A stretch of DNA of 64,000 nucleotides from Candidatus Binatus sp. (GTDB lineage: Bacteria > Desulfobacterota > Binatia > DP-6), in assembly GCA_035476275.1 (NCBI GenBank), contig DATILR010000440.1:1284-65283 (forward strand), written 5' to 3'. The notes beneath the pieces were generated by a model. The model was not told where the DNA came from. It did not search any database and worked only from the letters and a program-made list of their open reading frames with translations. How positions within the stretch are numbered: position 1 is the first letter of the stretch; each line of letters opens with the position of its first letter. Shown here one piece after another: positions 41,724-51,198 of the stretch. Both the position numbers and the translations under genes were made by a program.

Positions 41724-42962
41724 TCACGGAAACGGGACGCGAACCGTCAGGCGGGTCCCGCTTTCGGAGGAGATGGCGACCGTCCCACCAAGCGCGCGCG
41801 CCCGCTCGCGAATCCCGACCAGCCCGGTCCCCGGGCGGCTCGCACCGCCGCGCGGGAGACCGACGCCGTTGTCCTCCACTTCCAGGCGGAGCTCGCCGGC
41901 GACCGAGGCCAGCCGGACCCGCACGCGGCTCGCCTCCGCGTGACGCGCCACGTTGGTCAGGGCTTCCTGCGTGATCCGGTAGAGCGCCACCTCGACGTCG
42001 GCCGGCAGGCGCTCGGGAAGATCGTCGGCACTGAAGGTGATGGCGATCTGGTGCCGCTCGGCGAACGCTTTCAGGTGGCCGTCGAGGGAGGGCACGAGAC
42101 CGAAGTCGTCGAGCACCGACGGTCGGAGGAGCTGCGACAGCTCGCGCATGGCGCTCAGCGTCTTCGAAACGAGATGGCGCGCCTCGCCGATGCGCGAGCG
42201 GAGCGCGGCCTCGTCCCCCGGCGGCTGCCGCTCGACGAGCCAGAGATACGCCATCACCGCCGTGAGCGATTGCCCGAGCTCGTCGTGGAGCTCGCGCGAG
42301 AGCCGCCGGCGCTCTTCCTCCTGGACGGACATCAAGCGCGACGAGAGGGCGGCGAGCTCGCTCTGTCGTCGCGCCAGACCCACGCGGAGCTCGCCCAGGG
42401 CGTGCGCGCTCCACACGGCGATGATCGAGCCGGCGACGAGCGCTCCGAGGCTCACCAGGAACGGATCGGCGTCACCGATGGCGGCCCGGCCGACGATCGA
42501 GAAGGCGAGACAGAAGATGCCGCACACGGCGACCGTGCGTCGCGTGTCCCACGAGAAGAGCACGGTGCTGCCCACGAGGAGGCAGATGAGCCCCGCCACG
42601 TTCAGCGACTGGTGGTGCTGGTACGTGTAGACGCGGAGGTAGGTGTTGAAGCCGAAGCCCGCGATCAGGAGCAGCCCCAGACGGTCGGCCTGGCGCCGGC
42701 CCACGGCGGTGAAGCTGGCCAGCAGAACTGCCGTGGCGATGGCCGTGTGGAAGGCGGCGCTCACCAGCATCCAGAATCGATCGGGGTCGGGAAAGTTGAT
42801 GTACTCGATCGGAAAGAAGAGCAGGCCCGCGGCGAGGGCGATCAGGGCCGCGGTGCGCACCCGGGGCAGGAGTGCGGGATACTCGCCCTCGGCGAGGGCG
42901 GTCGGGGCCGGGCGCCCGTTGTCCGCGCGCCCGTTCGTGGGGCTCCGCGCGGACGGTTCCAC
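41724..42962 (-). CDS. Membrane sensor histidine kinase (HisKA_3 type), no cognate regulator nearby
   Basis: About 5 N-terminal TM helices. H-box SRELHDELGQSLT. HATPase_c with GTGLVGIRERA. Confidence 0.8.
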   Translation of the reverse strand: MEPSARSPTNGRADNGRPAPTALAEGEYPALLPRVRTAALIALAAGLLFFPIEYINFPDPDRFWMLVSAAFHTAIATAVLLASFTAVGRRQADRLGLLLIAGFGFNTYLRVYTYQHHQSLNVAGLICLLVGSTVLFSWDTRRTVAVCGIFCLAFSIVGRAAIGDADPFLVSLGALVAGSIIAVWSAHALGELRVGLARRQSELAALSSRLMSVQEEERRRLSRELHDELGQSLTAVMAYLWLVERQPPGDEAALRSRIGEARHLVSKTLSAMRELSQLLRPSVLDDFGLVPSLDGHLKAFAERHQIAITFSADDLPERLPADVEVALYRITQEALTNVARHAEASRVRVRLASVAGELRLEVEDNGVGLPRGGASRPGTGLVGIRERARALGGTVAISSESGTRLTVRVPFP

Positions 42963-43030
42963 GTGGCGAGCCGTATCGCGGCCCGGCCGCGGAGGTCAAG
43001 CCGGTCTTGGGGGTTGTCCGGGCACCGGGC

Positions 43031-44014
43031 TCAGTGGACGGGCGCCGCGCTACACAGGAGGCCGTGATCCTGCAAGAAGCAGCCGGGCGCGCTGGGCGGC
43101 GGCGTCGCCTCGTCGTCGCGGTAGTAGTAGCCGGTCATGAAGCACATCTCGTCGTCGGTCGTGACGCCGAAGGTCACCGGGTGATCGTCGTTGTTCGTCC
43201 AGTTGCAGGTGAACCGGAAGACGTCGCCCTGCCGTAGATGAAGGGGGGTCGGCGTCCAGTACTCGTAGGGGTGATCCCAGTCGTCGTTCTCGAAGATCTG
43301 CCCCATGTTTTGGCCACCGGCGGTGAGGTTGATCGTGACCTTCGTGCCCCGCTTGTGCTCGTGTGAAGAGAGCTGGATCACGTTCAGGTCGTACGGTACC
43401 ACCCATTCCGCCGTCGTCGAGGCCGCGGAGTGGGCCGGGATGTGGATGTCGTACGCCCCCACGGTCAGGTTCTCGGCGTGGTGGAGCACGCTCCCCTTCT
43501 TGGCCGGGATGACGTTGAAGAGGATGTCCGGCGTGAGCGAGTCGGTCAGCGAGGCGTTGATGTAGTGCGAGTTGAGGAACACGGGCTGGTGCGGCTCCAG
43601 GCGGACCGCGATGCCGGGAGGGAAGCGCGTGAGCTCGTGCGTGTTCGGGGCGCCGCCCAGGAGCGCGCGCTGGAAGCTGTCCCTCGGACCCAGGCCGATG
43701 CAGCCGGGCGCCTCGACGATGCCCCGGGGAAAGTCGGCCGCGTTCCGATCGCCCCCGAAGTAGGCCCACAGGGCGAAGTGGTGCGTCCCCGCGTTCATCT
43801 TGAACTCGAACTGCTGCACGTCCATCGCCTTGTCGTTGGGGAACGTGCGGTACTCGCAGACCTCGCGCTCGGTAGCGGGGGGGACCGTGAACTTCCCCAT
43901 GCGCATCTGGAAGCCGCGCGGGGGGTGCCGGAGGTGCACCCGGCCGGCCGAGCCCGGCACGGCGAGGAGCGTCACGGCAGCGAGGGAAGCGACCACGCGA
44001 CCGATGGACAGCAT
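43031..44014 (-). CDS. Copper type-II ascorbate-dependent monooxygenase-like protein (PHM/DBH family), secreted
   Basis: Signal peptide. CuH-site residues HH (GTHHF) plus a third His about 71 residues later (NSHYIN). CuM-site HxHxxG (SHEHKRG) plus a Met in an EMC context (DDEMCFM). Spacing (HH, +71 H, +68 HxH, +73 M) matches the PHM H107/H108-H172-H242/H244-M314 layout. Confidence 0.72.
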   Translation of the reverse strand: MLSIGRVVASLAAVTLLAVPGSAGRVHLRHPPRGFQMRMGKFTVPPATEREVCEYRTFPNDKAMDVQQFEFKMNAGTHHFALWAYFGGDRNAADFPRGIVEAPGCIGLGPRDSFQRALLGGAPNTHELTRFPPGIAVRLEPHQPVFLNSHYINASLTDSLTPDILFNVIPAKKGSVLHHAENLTVGAYDIHIPAHSAASTTAEWVVPYDLNVIQLSSHEHKRGTKVTINLTAGGQNMGQIFENDDWDHPYEYWTPTPLHLRQGDVFRFTCNWTNNDDHPVTFGVTTDDEMCFMTGYYYRDDEATPPPSAPGCFLQDHGLLCSAAPVH

Positions 44015-44083
44015 GGGCGCCAGTAACCAAAAGGCGGGCAGATCGTCAAGACGCGAAACGACCGTTCGGGCGATTCGTGGTGC

Positions 44084-44329
44084 TCAACGACCCCGTCGCG
44101 CCAGCAGACCGGATGCCCGCGCCGCCTGCTGCGCGGCCGTGACGCGCTCGCGAACCTTGCCGGTGTGATGCCGGCGGCCCGACGCACCGGTGCCGAGCGA
44201 CGGAACCAGGCGCGAGGCGAGCTGGACGAGCCCGCGACCGAAGACCACCCCGGCGCCGAGCGCCGTGAGGAGGATCCGATACCCCAGGCTCAGCGCGTCG
44301 TGTCCCACGTCCCCCGCGATCGAGGCCAT
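44084..44329 (-). CDS. Hypothetical small single-TM protein (81 aa), low confidence
   Basis: The ORF fills the gap between the monooxygenase and FAD-oxidase genes on the same strand. One hydrophobic helix. Weak RBS. Confidence 0.3.
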   Translation of the reverse strand: MASIAGDVGHDALSLGYRILLTALGAGVVFGRGLVQLASRLVPSLGTGASGRRHHTGKVRERVTAAQQAARASGLLARRGR

Positions 44330-44410
44330 CGTCCTGCCATCACGTCCCTACCCTCATGAAGGCCGGGGAGCAAGGCGTCGCTGCGCCACCACGGAATTCC
44401 GTCGGGGAAA

Positions 44411-45793
44411 TCACCCCACGCGGTGCAGCTTCTCGTAGAGATCCCGGAACATCCCGCGCGGATCGAGACGGGCCTTCACCTGCCGGACGGTCGCCTCGTC
44501 GTAGATGCTCCAGAAGCGCTCGGCGCTGTAGTGATTGCGGGAGATCAGCGTCTTCAGGCCGCCGAGCTCGTACGTCTTCTCCTCGAGCTGCTCGGAGCGA
44601 TCCACGCCCGGATCGCCGTTCGGCATCCCGTAGACCGCGAGGTCGACGTAGAGGTCGCCCGCGCGCGCGCGGTGCCCGGCCGAGAGCCAGGGGTAGGGCT
44701 TCGGCACGCGGTACGGGACGACCCAGAGGGGGAAGTAGCGCAGCTCGCGCAGGTACCAGTCGTAGAACTCCGGCACGCGGCCGGCGGGGATGAAGTAGTC
44801 GCAGACCACGTCGGGCCGCCGCTTCAGGCGGAAGATCGGCCGCAGCCGCCCCGACCAGCGAATCATGTTGGTGGAGCCGAGGAAGAGCCGGCCGAGGAGG
44901 AAGCGGACCGGCTTCCACTCGAGCGGCGGCACCGTCCGGCTGAGCCAGTGCGCCTCCGTGTCGTAGCGGAAGAAGTAGTCCGGGGTGGTGAGCACGTCCT
45001 CGTCGAGCACGCGAGTGCTCTTGTAGTAGACGTCGAGCCAGCGGTAGGAGCTGGCGCGCCGCGCCCGCTCGACGAAGCGGCCCAGGCACAGGGTCCAGTG
45101 GTCGGGGGCGTGCACGATCCCGTCGATGAAGTCGACGTCCGCCGCCTCGCACCGTGCCAGCATGGCCGCGTGCAAGGAGGCGGGATCGCGGAATCGCCGG
45201 TACTCGACGTGCACGTACGGCTTGGCGGCGACGAGGGCGAAGCGCACGCGCGTGAGGATGGCGAGCGTGCCGTACGAGCCGTGGATCATGCCGAAGACGA
45301 GCGGCTCGTGCTCGGGCGAACAGCCCAGCACCTCGCCGGTGCCCGTCACGACCTCGTAGTCGAGGCAGGAGTCGTGAAAGCCACCGTAGCGGAACGAGCT
45401 CGACTCGACCGAGCATCCCGCGACGGCGCCGCCGAGCGTGATGCCCTCGAGCTCGGGCACGACCGCCGGCACGAGCCCGTGTCGCAGGGTCGCGTCGACC
45501 ACCGCGCGGAACGTGACGCCTGGCTCCGCGACGCACAGCCGGCGCTCGACGTCCACCTCGAGGACGTGGCGCAGGGTGGAGACGTCGATGCGACGGCCCG
45601 TGAAGCGGGAGTCGCCGCTGGCGAGCGGCACGACGTGATGCACGCCGCCCTTGTCGATGTGCACCGGTCCGCGCGCGCCGACGAGGGCCCGCACGGTCTC
45701 CGCGACGGCGCCCACGCGGCGATCGTGCGCGGCGTCGGTCACGCGGCGGCCGCCGCCTTCGCCGGTCGACCGCGGGTCAGCGTCCATGACCAC
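44411..45793 (-). CDS. FAD-linked oxidoreductase (PCMH-type FAD_binding_4 domain; ALO/DprE1-like), 460 aa
   Basis: N-terminal FAD-binding PCMH-type region (VVPLASGDSRFTGRR...GITLGGAVAGCSVESSS) and a C-terminal substrate domain ending ...RNHYSAERFWSIYDE...DPRGMF. The overlapping 398-aa ORF in another frame is an artefact. Confidence 0.8.
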   Translation of the reverse strand: MVMDADPRSTGEGGGRRVTDAAHDRRVGAVAETVRALVGARGPVHIDKGGVHHVVPLASGDSRFTGRRIDVSTLRHVLEVDVERRLCVAEPGVTFRAVVDATLRHGLVPAVVPELEGITLGGAVAGCSVESSSFRYGGFHDSCLDYEVVTGTGEVLGCSPEHEPLVFGMIHGSYGTLAILTRVRFALVAAKPYVHVEYRRFRDPASLHAAMLARCEAADVDFIDGIVHAPDHWTLCLGRFVERARRASSYRWLDVYYKSTRVLDEDVLTTPDYFFRYDTEAHWLSRTVPPLEWKPVRFLLGRLFLGSTNMIRWSGRLRPIFRLKRRPDVVCDYFIPAGRVPEFYDWYLRELRYFPLWVVPYRVPKPYPWLSAGHRARAGDLYVDLAVYGMPNGDPGVDRSEQLEEKTYELGGLKTLISRNHYSAERFWSIYDEATVRQVKARLDPRGMFRDLYEKLHRVG

Positions 45794-45904
45794 GATGTCG
45801 GCGTATCCTCATCGAGGCGTTCGAGGAAGTGCCCCAGGCGCACTGCCTCGAGCCCGCTCCGGCGCCCTTGACCCGCACCTCGGCCACGGCGTAGGTCACG
45901 GCCC

Positions 45905-46312
45905 ATGGAGCTCAAGGGCAGGTGCTATTGCGGCGCGGTCCGCTATCGCGCCGAGGGCGAACCGATCTTCCGCGGACAGTGCCATTGCCGGGAATGCCAG
46001 TACATCTCGGGCGGGCATCCGAACGTGGTGATGGGCATGCCCGAGCCGGGCTTCTCCTATACCAAGGGCTCGCCCAAGGCGTTTCGCCGCACCGACATCG
46101 CCGATCCCGCGACGCGCGAGTTCTGCCCCGACTGCGGGACACACCTCCTGACCAGGTCGGGACGCCTGCCGGGCGCCGTCCTCATCAAGGTCGGCACGCT
46201 GGACGACCCTGGCGTGTTCGGCGGGCCTCAGATGGTGATCTTCACCATCGACAAGCAGAGCTTCCACCACGTCCCGGACAGCGTCCCCGCGTTCGAACGC
46301 CTTCCCGGCTGA
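45905..46312 (+). CDS. GFA-family (CENP-V/glutathione-dependent formaldehyde-activating-like) zinc protein
   Basis: The two Zn-cysteine clusters typical of GFA (CYCGAVRY...CHCRECQ; CPDCGTHL). Confidence 0.88.
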   Translation: MELKGRCYCGAVRYRAEGEPIFRGQCHCRECQYISGGHPNVVMGMPEPGFSYTKGSPKAFRRTDIADPATREFCPDCGTHLLTRSGRLPGAVLIKVGTLDDPGVFGGPQMVIFTIDKQSFHHVPDSVPAFERLPG

Positions 46313-46402
46313 CGCTCCGCCCGATGTGAGACGGCGCGAGCCGCCCGCCACCCGCTCGACCCACCCGAGGCCCGGACAGTCTGCTATCTTCCGGCCCTCC
46401 TC

Positions 46403-48244
46403 GTGCGTAAGGGCGACCCTCGTTTCTGGAACTGGCTGGCAGCCGTCCTGCTCGTGTCGGGGGTCTATTCCGCCCTGCACACCTTCACGCGCTGGATTCC
46501 ACACGATGAGGGCGTGCTCGCACAGATGGCCGAACGAGCGCTGTCCGGAGAGCTGCCGCACGCCGACTTCGACGAGATCTATTCGGGCGGACTGACCTTC
46601 TTGAACGCGCTGAGCTTCGTCCTCTTCGGCGCGCGCCTCTCCTCGATGCGTATCACCCTCTTCGTGTTCCATCTGGGCTTCCTCGCATCCCTGTTCTCCA
46701 TCGCCACGCGCGCGGCGCGACCTCCCGTGGCCGCCCTCTTCACCCTCCTCTGCCTGAGCTGGGGCTTACCGAACTACTTCGCGGCACTGCCGTCCTGGTA
46801 CCTCCTGATGTTCGCCATCTACGGCACGCATGCCACCGTCAGATACGTCGAGACGGAGCGCGAGGGATGGGTGGTCCTGGCGGGCTTCGTCGGAGGGGTG
46901 TCCTGCCTCTTCAAGGTGGCAGGGGTCTACTATCTGCTGGCGCTCCTGCTCTTTCTCGTCTACCGGGAGCAGCTCCGGGCCGAGGGCGCCGGCGTTGCGC
47001 GGTCGCGCTCGCTCGCGACGTCCCTGTCCGTCCTTCTCGTGCTCGCCTGCCCGGTGATCCTTCTGCTGGGACTGACCTGGGCGAGACTCGATGCGATGGA
47101 GGCGATCTACTTCGTGCTCCCCGGAACCGCCGTCTGCCTCTTCCTGGCGTGGAACGAGTTGCGATCGAACGACGCCGGGCACCAGCGACTCCGCAGAACC
47201 GCGCGCGCGTTCCTGCATGTGGGACTCGGAGCCGCCGCGCCGGTCCTCGTGTTCCTGGTTCCGTATCTCCTCAGGAACGATCTCCATTCGCTCTACCGGG
47301 GCCTCTTCGTGCTCCCGCAGCGCCGATACGACTTCGCCTTCTACCCCCTGCCACCCCCATGGGCTCTTCTCGCCACGCTGCCGATCGCGGCCATCGTCTG
47401 TCTGCCGATCGTCTGGCGCCCCCGCGCGAGCTGGGTCGTCGTGGGCGCGGTCATCGTCCCGATGGCAGCCGTGGTGAGCTTCGGCTTCGAGCAGCCGATC
47501 TACCGTTGGGTCTGGTACTCGGTGCGGCCCCTCGGACCCTTCGCGGCCATGCTGACGTGCGCGCTCCCCCTGCTCGGACGCAGGGAGCCCGCACCCACCA
47601 TGGCGCAACGCCAGCTGCTGTTCCTCATGGGCGCGATGGCGGCATTCGTGAGCGTGGTCCAGTTTCCCTACTCCTTCGGGGTCTACTTCTGGTACGCCGC
47701 TCCACCCATCGCCCTGGCGATCCTGTTCGCGACGACGTACGCACACCCCACATCGTGGTCGAGGATCCACCTCTGCTTGCTGCTGTTCTATCTCGCCTTC
47801 GGCGTCCTCTGGTTGAACACGGGGAACGTGCGCACCACGGGCGTGCTCTACCTCCACTCCGACGCCGACCAGCTCCTCCTGCCCGAGCGAGCGAATCTGC
47901 GGGTGCGCGGGTCCGACAAGGAGGTCTACGAGACCCTGGTGCACGTGATCGACCGGCTGGCCGGCGGCGATCCCTACATCATGGCGACCCCCGATTGTCC
48001 GGAGGTCTACTTCCTGTCGCGGCGAAAAAACCCGACCCGGGTGCTGCACGAGTTCCTCGACCCCGTGAAGCCCACACCGCGACAGCTGCTGGAGCAGCTG
48101 ACGACGAAAGGGGTCCGCGTCGTCGTTCTGAATTCCCGGCCGGAGTTCTCACAGCCCGTGTCGCACGAGCTCTACGCGACGCTCACCGAGGTCTACTCGC
48201 AGCACACCGACGTGGGGTGGTTCCGGGTGCTGTGGAAGGACTGA
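46403..48244 (+). CDS. Large polytopic membrane protein, possibly a GT-C-type (ArnT/PMT-like) glycosyltransferase
   Basis: At least 12 predicted TM helices across about 500 aa, followed by a soluble about 110-aa C-terminal domain. The family call is by architecture only. Confidence 0.55.
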   Translation: MRKGDPRFWNWLAAVLLVSGVYSALHTFTRWIPHDEGVLAQMAERALSGELPHADFDEIYSGGLTFLNALSFVLFGARLSSMRITLFVFHLGFLASLFSIATRAARPPVAALFTLLCLSWGLPNYFAALPSWYLLMFAIYGTHATVRYVETEREGWVVLAGFVGGVSCLFKVAGVYYLLALLLFLVYREQLRAEGAGVARSRSLATSLSVLLVLACPVILLLGLTWARLDAMEAIYFVLPGTAVCLFLAWNELRSNDAGHQRLRRTARAFLHVGLGAAAPVLVFLVPYLLRNDLHSLYRGLFVLPQRRYDFAFYPLPPPWALLATLPIAAIVCLPIVWRPRASWVVVGAVIVPMAAVVSFGFEQPIYRWVWYSVRPLGPFAAMLTCALPLLGRREPAPTMAQRQLLFLMGAMAAFVSVVQFPYSFGVYFWYAAPPIALAILFATTYAHPTSWSRIHLCLLLFYLAFGVLWLNTGNVRTTGVLYLHSDADQLLLPERANLRVRGSDKEVYETLVHVIDRLAGGDPYIMATPDCPEVYFLSRRKNPTRVLHEFLDPVKPTPRQLLEQLTTKGVRVVVLNSRPEFSQPVSHELYATLTEVYSQHTDVGWFRVLWKD

Positions 48245-48247
48245 GGG

Positions 48248-49171
48248 CTACCGAGCCTTCGCGCGCCGGCGCTTCGCTCGCAGGCCCTTGACCCATGCTT
48301 CGTTCCCCCGCGACGCCGGATTGGACTCGACGCCGAAGCGGACCCGCTCCCCGCAGCGATCCACCGGAAGCGACACCCACACCTCGTGTCCCTCTGGCGC
48401 ATGAAGGTTCTCGCGATGCAACACACCGCCGGCGCCATCGCACATCACCAGCGTCGAGCTCCATGGATGCCGGAGGACTCGCATCTCCAGGGCGTCGGGC
48501 GGGCTCGAGAATTCATACTCCAGGGATGAATCGTTCGCCGTCAGCACGAGCGCCCCGTCGTCCTTGCTCAGGACGTTGTGGGACGAGACGAGTCTCGGCG
48601 CCGCCCACAGCCGGCTGGGCAACACGTAGGCGCAGGGCGAGATGCACCGGAAGCCGTACGCCCGGATGTCGTCTTCCGCCCATACCGCAACATGTTCCTC
48701 GTGCCGATTCTCGTGCGCGTCCTTCTGCTCCAGCACGTGCCGGCCGAAGTCGTCGAACTCGGGCGGGAAGCTCAGAATGACGACCCGATTGCACTTGTGG
48801 ACGAGCGTCTCCACCAGGCGAAGCCCCTGCTCCTTCGGGATGTGCTCGATGACTTCCATCGCGAAGATGACGTCGTACTCGCCGAGCTGGTCGATGACCT
48901 CGACGACGTCGCCCCAGTGGACACGGTCGTAGACGAAGGCGTGAACCGGGTTCTCGTAGCCCCTGAAGGCCTCCACCCCGTCGATCCTCGTCACCCAGTC
49001 CCTCCGGTAGTAGACACCGCGGTGATAGAAATCGAGCAGATCCCGCAGGAGGAAGCCCCACTTGCCGGCTCCACAGCCGATATCCAGGACCGACCGTACC
49101 GGCTCCTCCGCGTGCAGGATGGCGACCTCCTGCAGTATGGGGGAGACGTAGTGCCACGCCGACGTCGGCAT
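48248..49171 (-). CDS. Class I SAM-dependent methyltransferase (308 aa)
   Basis: SAM motif (VLDIGCGAGKWG) near the N-terminus. The true start is the internal ATG (MPTSAWHY); the long tool ORF upstream belongs to the GST locus and is an artefact. Confidence 0.75.
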   Translation of the reverse strand: MPTSAWHYVSPILQEVAILHAEEPVRSVLDIGCGAGKWGFLLRDLLDFYHRGVYYRRDWVTRIDGVEAFRGYENPVHAFVYDRVHWGDVVEVIDQLGEYDVIFAMEVIEHIPKEQGLRLVETLVHKCNRVVILSFPPEFDDFGRHVLEQKDAHENRHEEHVAVWAEDDIRAYGFRCISPCAYVLPSRLWAAPRLVSSHNVLSKDDGALVLTANDSSLEYEFSSPPDALEMRVLRHPWSSTLVMCDGAGGVLHRENLHAPEGHEVWVSLPVDRCGERVRFGVESNPASRGNEAWVKGLRAKRRRAKAR

Positions 49172-49200
49172 CGCGGTGGGATTCCGGCGCTCCGCCGCGC

Positions 49201-49824
49201 CTACCGGCTCATCAGCTGGTAGGGCCCACCCTTCTCGACCCCGCGCCGGTACCCCGGCCGCGCGTGCATGCGGTCGCGATACGCGACCAGCCCCGGGTTG
49301 GGCGTCAGCCGGCTCCCGGCCGCTTCGAGGACGAACAGGAGCTGGATGTCGGCACCCGTCAGGTCGTTCCCGACGAAGAAGTCGCGACCCGCGAGCCCGT
49401 TCTCCATGTAGGAGAGGTGGTTCGCGATCTGACCGTCGATGTGCGGCTGCAACGGCGCTCCCCCGTCGCCGAGGAAGCCCATGAAGAGCGCCATCAGGAG
49501 GGGCATCATCGCCGAGCCCTCGGCGTAGTGCATCCACTCGATGTACTTCCAGTAGTCCTCGGTCCCGCGCTCCGGCTTCAGCCGTCCCTTGCCGTAGGTG
49601 TCGATGACGTACTCGACGATGGCGCCCGATTCCGCGATCGTCCTGGCACCGTCGGTGATGACCGGGGACTTGCCGAGCGGGTGGACCTCCTTCAGCTCCG
49701 GTGGCGCCATAGGCAACGGGGACATCCGCTGGTACTTCACGATCTCGTATGGCGTACCCAGCTCCTCGAGCAGCCAGAGGATGCGCTGCGAACGCGAGTT
49801 GTTCAGATGGTGGACTTTCAGCAT
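49201..49824 (-). CDS. Glutathione S-transferase (207 aa)
   Basis: GST N-terminal thioredoxin-like fold (MLKVHHLNNSRSQRILWLLEELG) and C-terminal helical domain. AAGGGAGGGG RBS. Confidence 0.85.
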   Translation of the reverse strand: MLKVHHLNNSRSQRILWLLEELGTPYEIVKYQRMSPLPMAPPELKEVHPLGKSPVITDGARTIAESGAIVEYVIDTYGKGRLKPERGTEDYWKYIEWMHYAEGSAMMPLLMALFMGFLGDGGAPLQPHIDGQIANHLSYMENGLAGRDFFVGNDLTGADIQLLFVLEAAGSRLTPNPGLVAYRDRMHARPGYRRGVEKGGPYQLMSR

Positions 49825-49940
49825 GGCCCCTCCCTTGCGCCTGCGCGTATCGGACGGAAGGATTTCGCGCAAGAACCGCGGAGCGCGCTGCACTGCCGCC
49901 AGATGCGCGACGATGCCAGGCAGGCGCCAAGAGCGCGAGT

Positions 49941-50390
49941 TTGATCGCCCTGCTCCTACTCGCTGCCTGCGCACGCGGTCCGGTCGTCATCGAGGAGGCG
50001 CCGGAACCGGTTCTGTGCCGGCGCGGCCCGGACTGCGAGACGAAGTGGCAACGCGTCCACGACTGGGTCGCGGCGCACTCGCGCTGGCCCATCCGACAGG
50101 ACACCGACACGCTGATCACGACCGACGGCCCGGGCGACACGCGCGACGCCGCGTTCGTGATCCACCGGGTCCCGAGCACGACGGTGCCGGACGTCGACGT
50201 CATCGTGTTCGCCGCCGGCTGCACCGACCGGGTCCGGGCCTTCGTGGACCACGTGCCGGCCCGCGGCGACCGCTGGCGGAACGTCACCGGCCCGAAGGCA
50301 CAATACACCGAGTGCGAGCCCCCGGTGGACGAGCTGGAGGCAAGCTTCGTCAGGTTCGTCGAGGCGCGGGACGGGATGCCGACACGCTGA
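49941..50390 (+). CDS. Hypothetical lipoprotein (about 150 aa; TTG start, uncertain)
   Basis: Lipobox (LLLLAACARG) right after a putative TTG start. No upstream ATG/GTG in frame. Confidence 0.35.
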   Translation: MIALLLLAACARGPVVIEEAPEPVLCRRGPDCETKWQRVHDWVAAHSRWPIRQDTDTLITTDGPGDTRDAAFVIHRVPSTTVPDVDVIVFAAGCTDRVRAFVDHVPARGDRWRNVTGPKAQYTECEPPVDELEASFVRFVEARDGMPTR

Positions 50391-50496
50391 GCCAGGTTCC
50401 GACGACAGCTCGCGAAGCAGGTGGGAAACTACCGCCGCGCCCTTTTGACGGCCGACAGGCTAAAGCAGCGAGGTGTGCCCTTGCGGCGGCGTCACA

Positions 50497-51198
50497 TCAC
50501 GTTCCGATCCGTGAGGCGACAATCACCTCGGACGTGAGTCCCCACGCTGAGACGACTTCGTGATGCCGAACCCGCCAAAGGTCCTCACCGAGGAACTCCC
50601 GTAGCTCGATCGGCCGACAGCCACCCACCAACTTCGGGTTGAAGCGGTGAACCGTCTCCCATGCCGCCGAGACGAGCTTCGTCAGGAAGCCGTGGCCGCG
50701 CGTGAGGCTCACCAGGCAGAGCAGCCCCTCCCGCCAAAGGAGGCGATGCGCGTCGCCCAGTATGGCCGTGATGGCTGCCTCGCTCATGAGATCGAGGACA
50801 TAGGTCGAGACGAAGCGGTCGTAGGCACCGGAACAGCACTGCGGCGGGGTCACCCCTTCGGAGCAAACAACCTCCGCTCGGTTCGCCCACGACTGCAACC
50901 GCTCGCGGGTGAGCGCTACCATGGTGGTAGAAATGTCCACCCCGAGATAGCGGCAGTTGTCGGGCATGAGGCTCGTCAACAGCCGCGCGGCGAGCCGTCC
51001 CGTGCCACACCCGAACTCGAAGATCGACTGTGCGTGCTGGAAGTCGGAGTGGGCGATGAGCGGGGCAAGGGCGCGATCCTCGTAGAACGCCTGCGCGTCC
51101 TGCTTGGCACCGAAGCGATCATAGAACACTCGGGCTTCGGCGGCGGTGAGCGTGCGGCCGTACGGGCGGCGCGATCCGTGCGGATCGCCCTGTGTCAT
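50497..51198 (-). CDS. SAM-dependent methyltransferase, last gene of the ars operon (possible arsenite methyltransferase-like)
   Basis: SAM motif (IFEFGCGTGRLA). Several cysteines including a CC pair. Its ATG overlaps the arsC stop as ATGA. Confidence 0.75.
   Translation of the reverse strand: MTQGDPHGSRRPYGRTLTAAEARVFYDRFGAKQDAQAFYEDRALAPLIAHSDFQHAQSIFEFGCGTGRLAARLLTSLMPDNCRYLGVDISTTMVALTRERLQSWANRAEVVCSEGVTPPQCCSGAYDRFVSTYVLDLMSEAAITAILGDAHRLLWREGLLCLVSLTRGHGFLTKLVSAAWETVHRFNPKLVGGCRPIELREFLGEDLWRVRHHEVVSAWGLTSEVIVASRIGT

Noticed and set aside
44340-45536. 398-aa minus ORF and 482-aa plus ORF overlapping the FAD-linked oxidase
   Set aside because: They are an alternate frame and an antisense read of the FAD_binding_4 gene, with Arg/Pro-rich junk composition.
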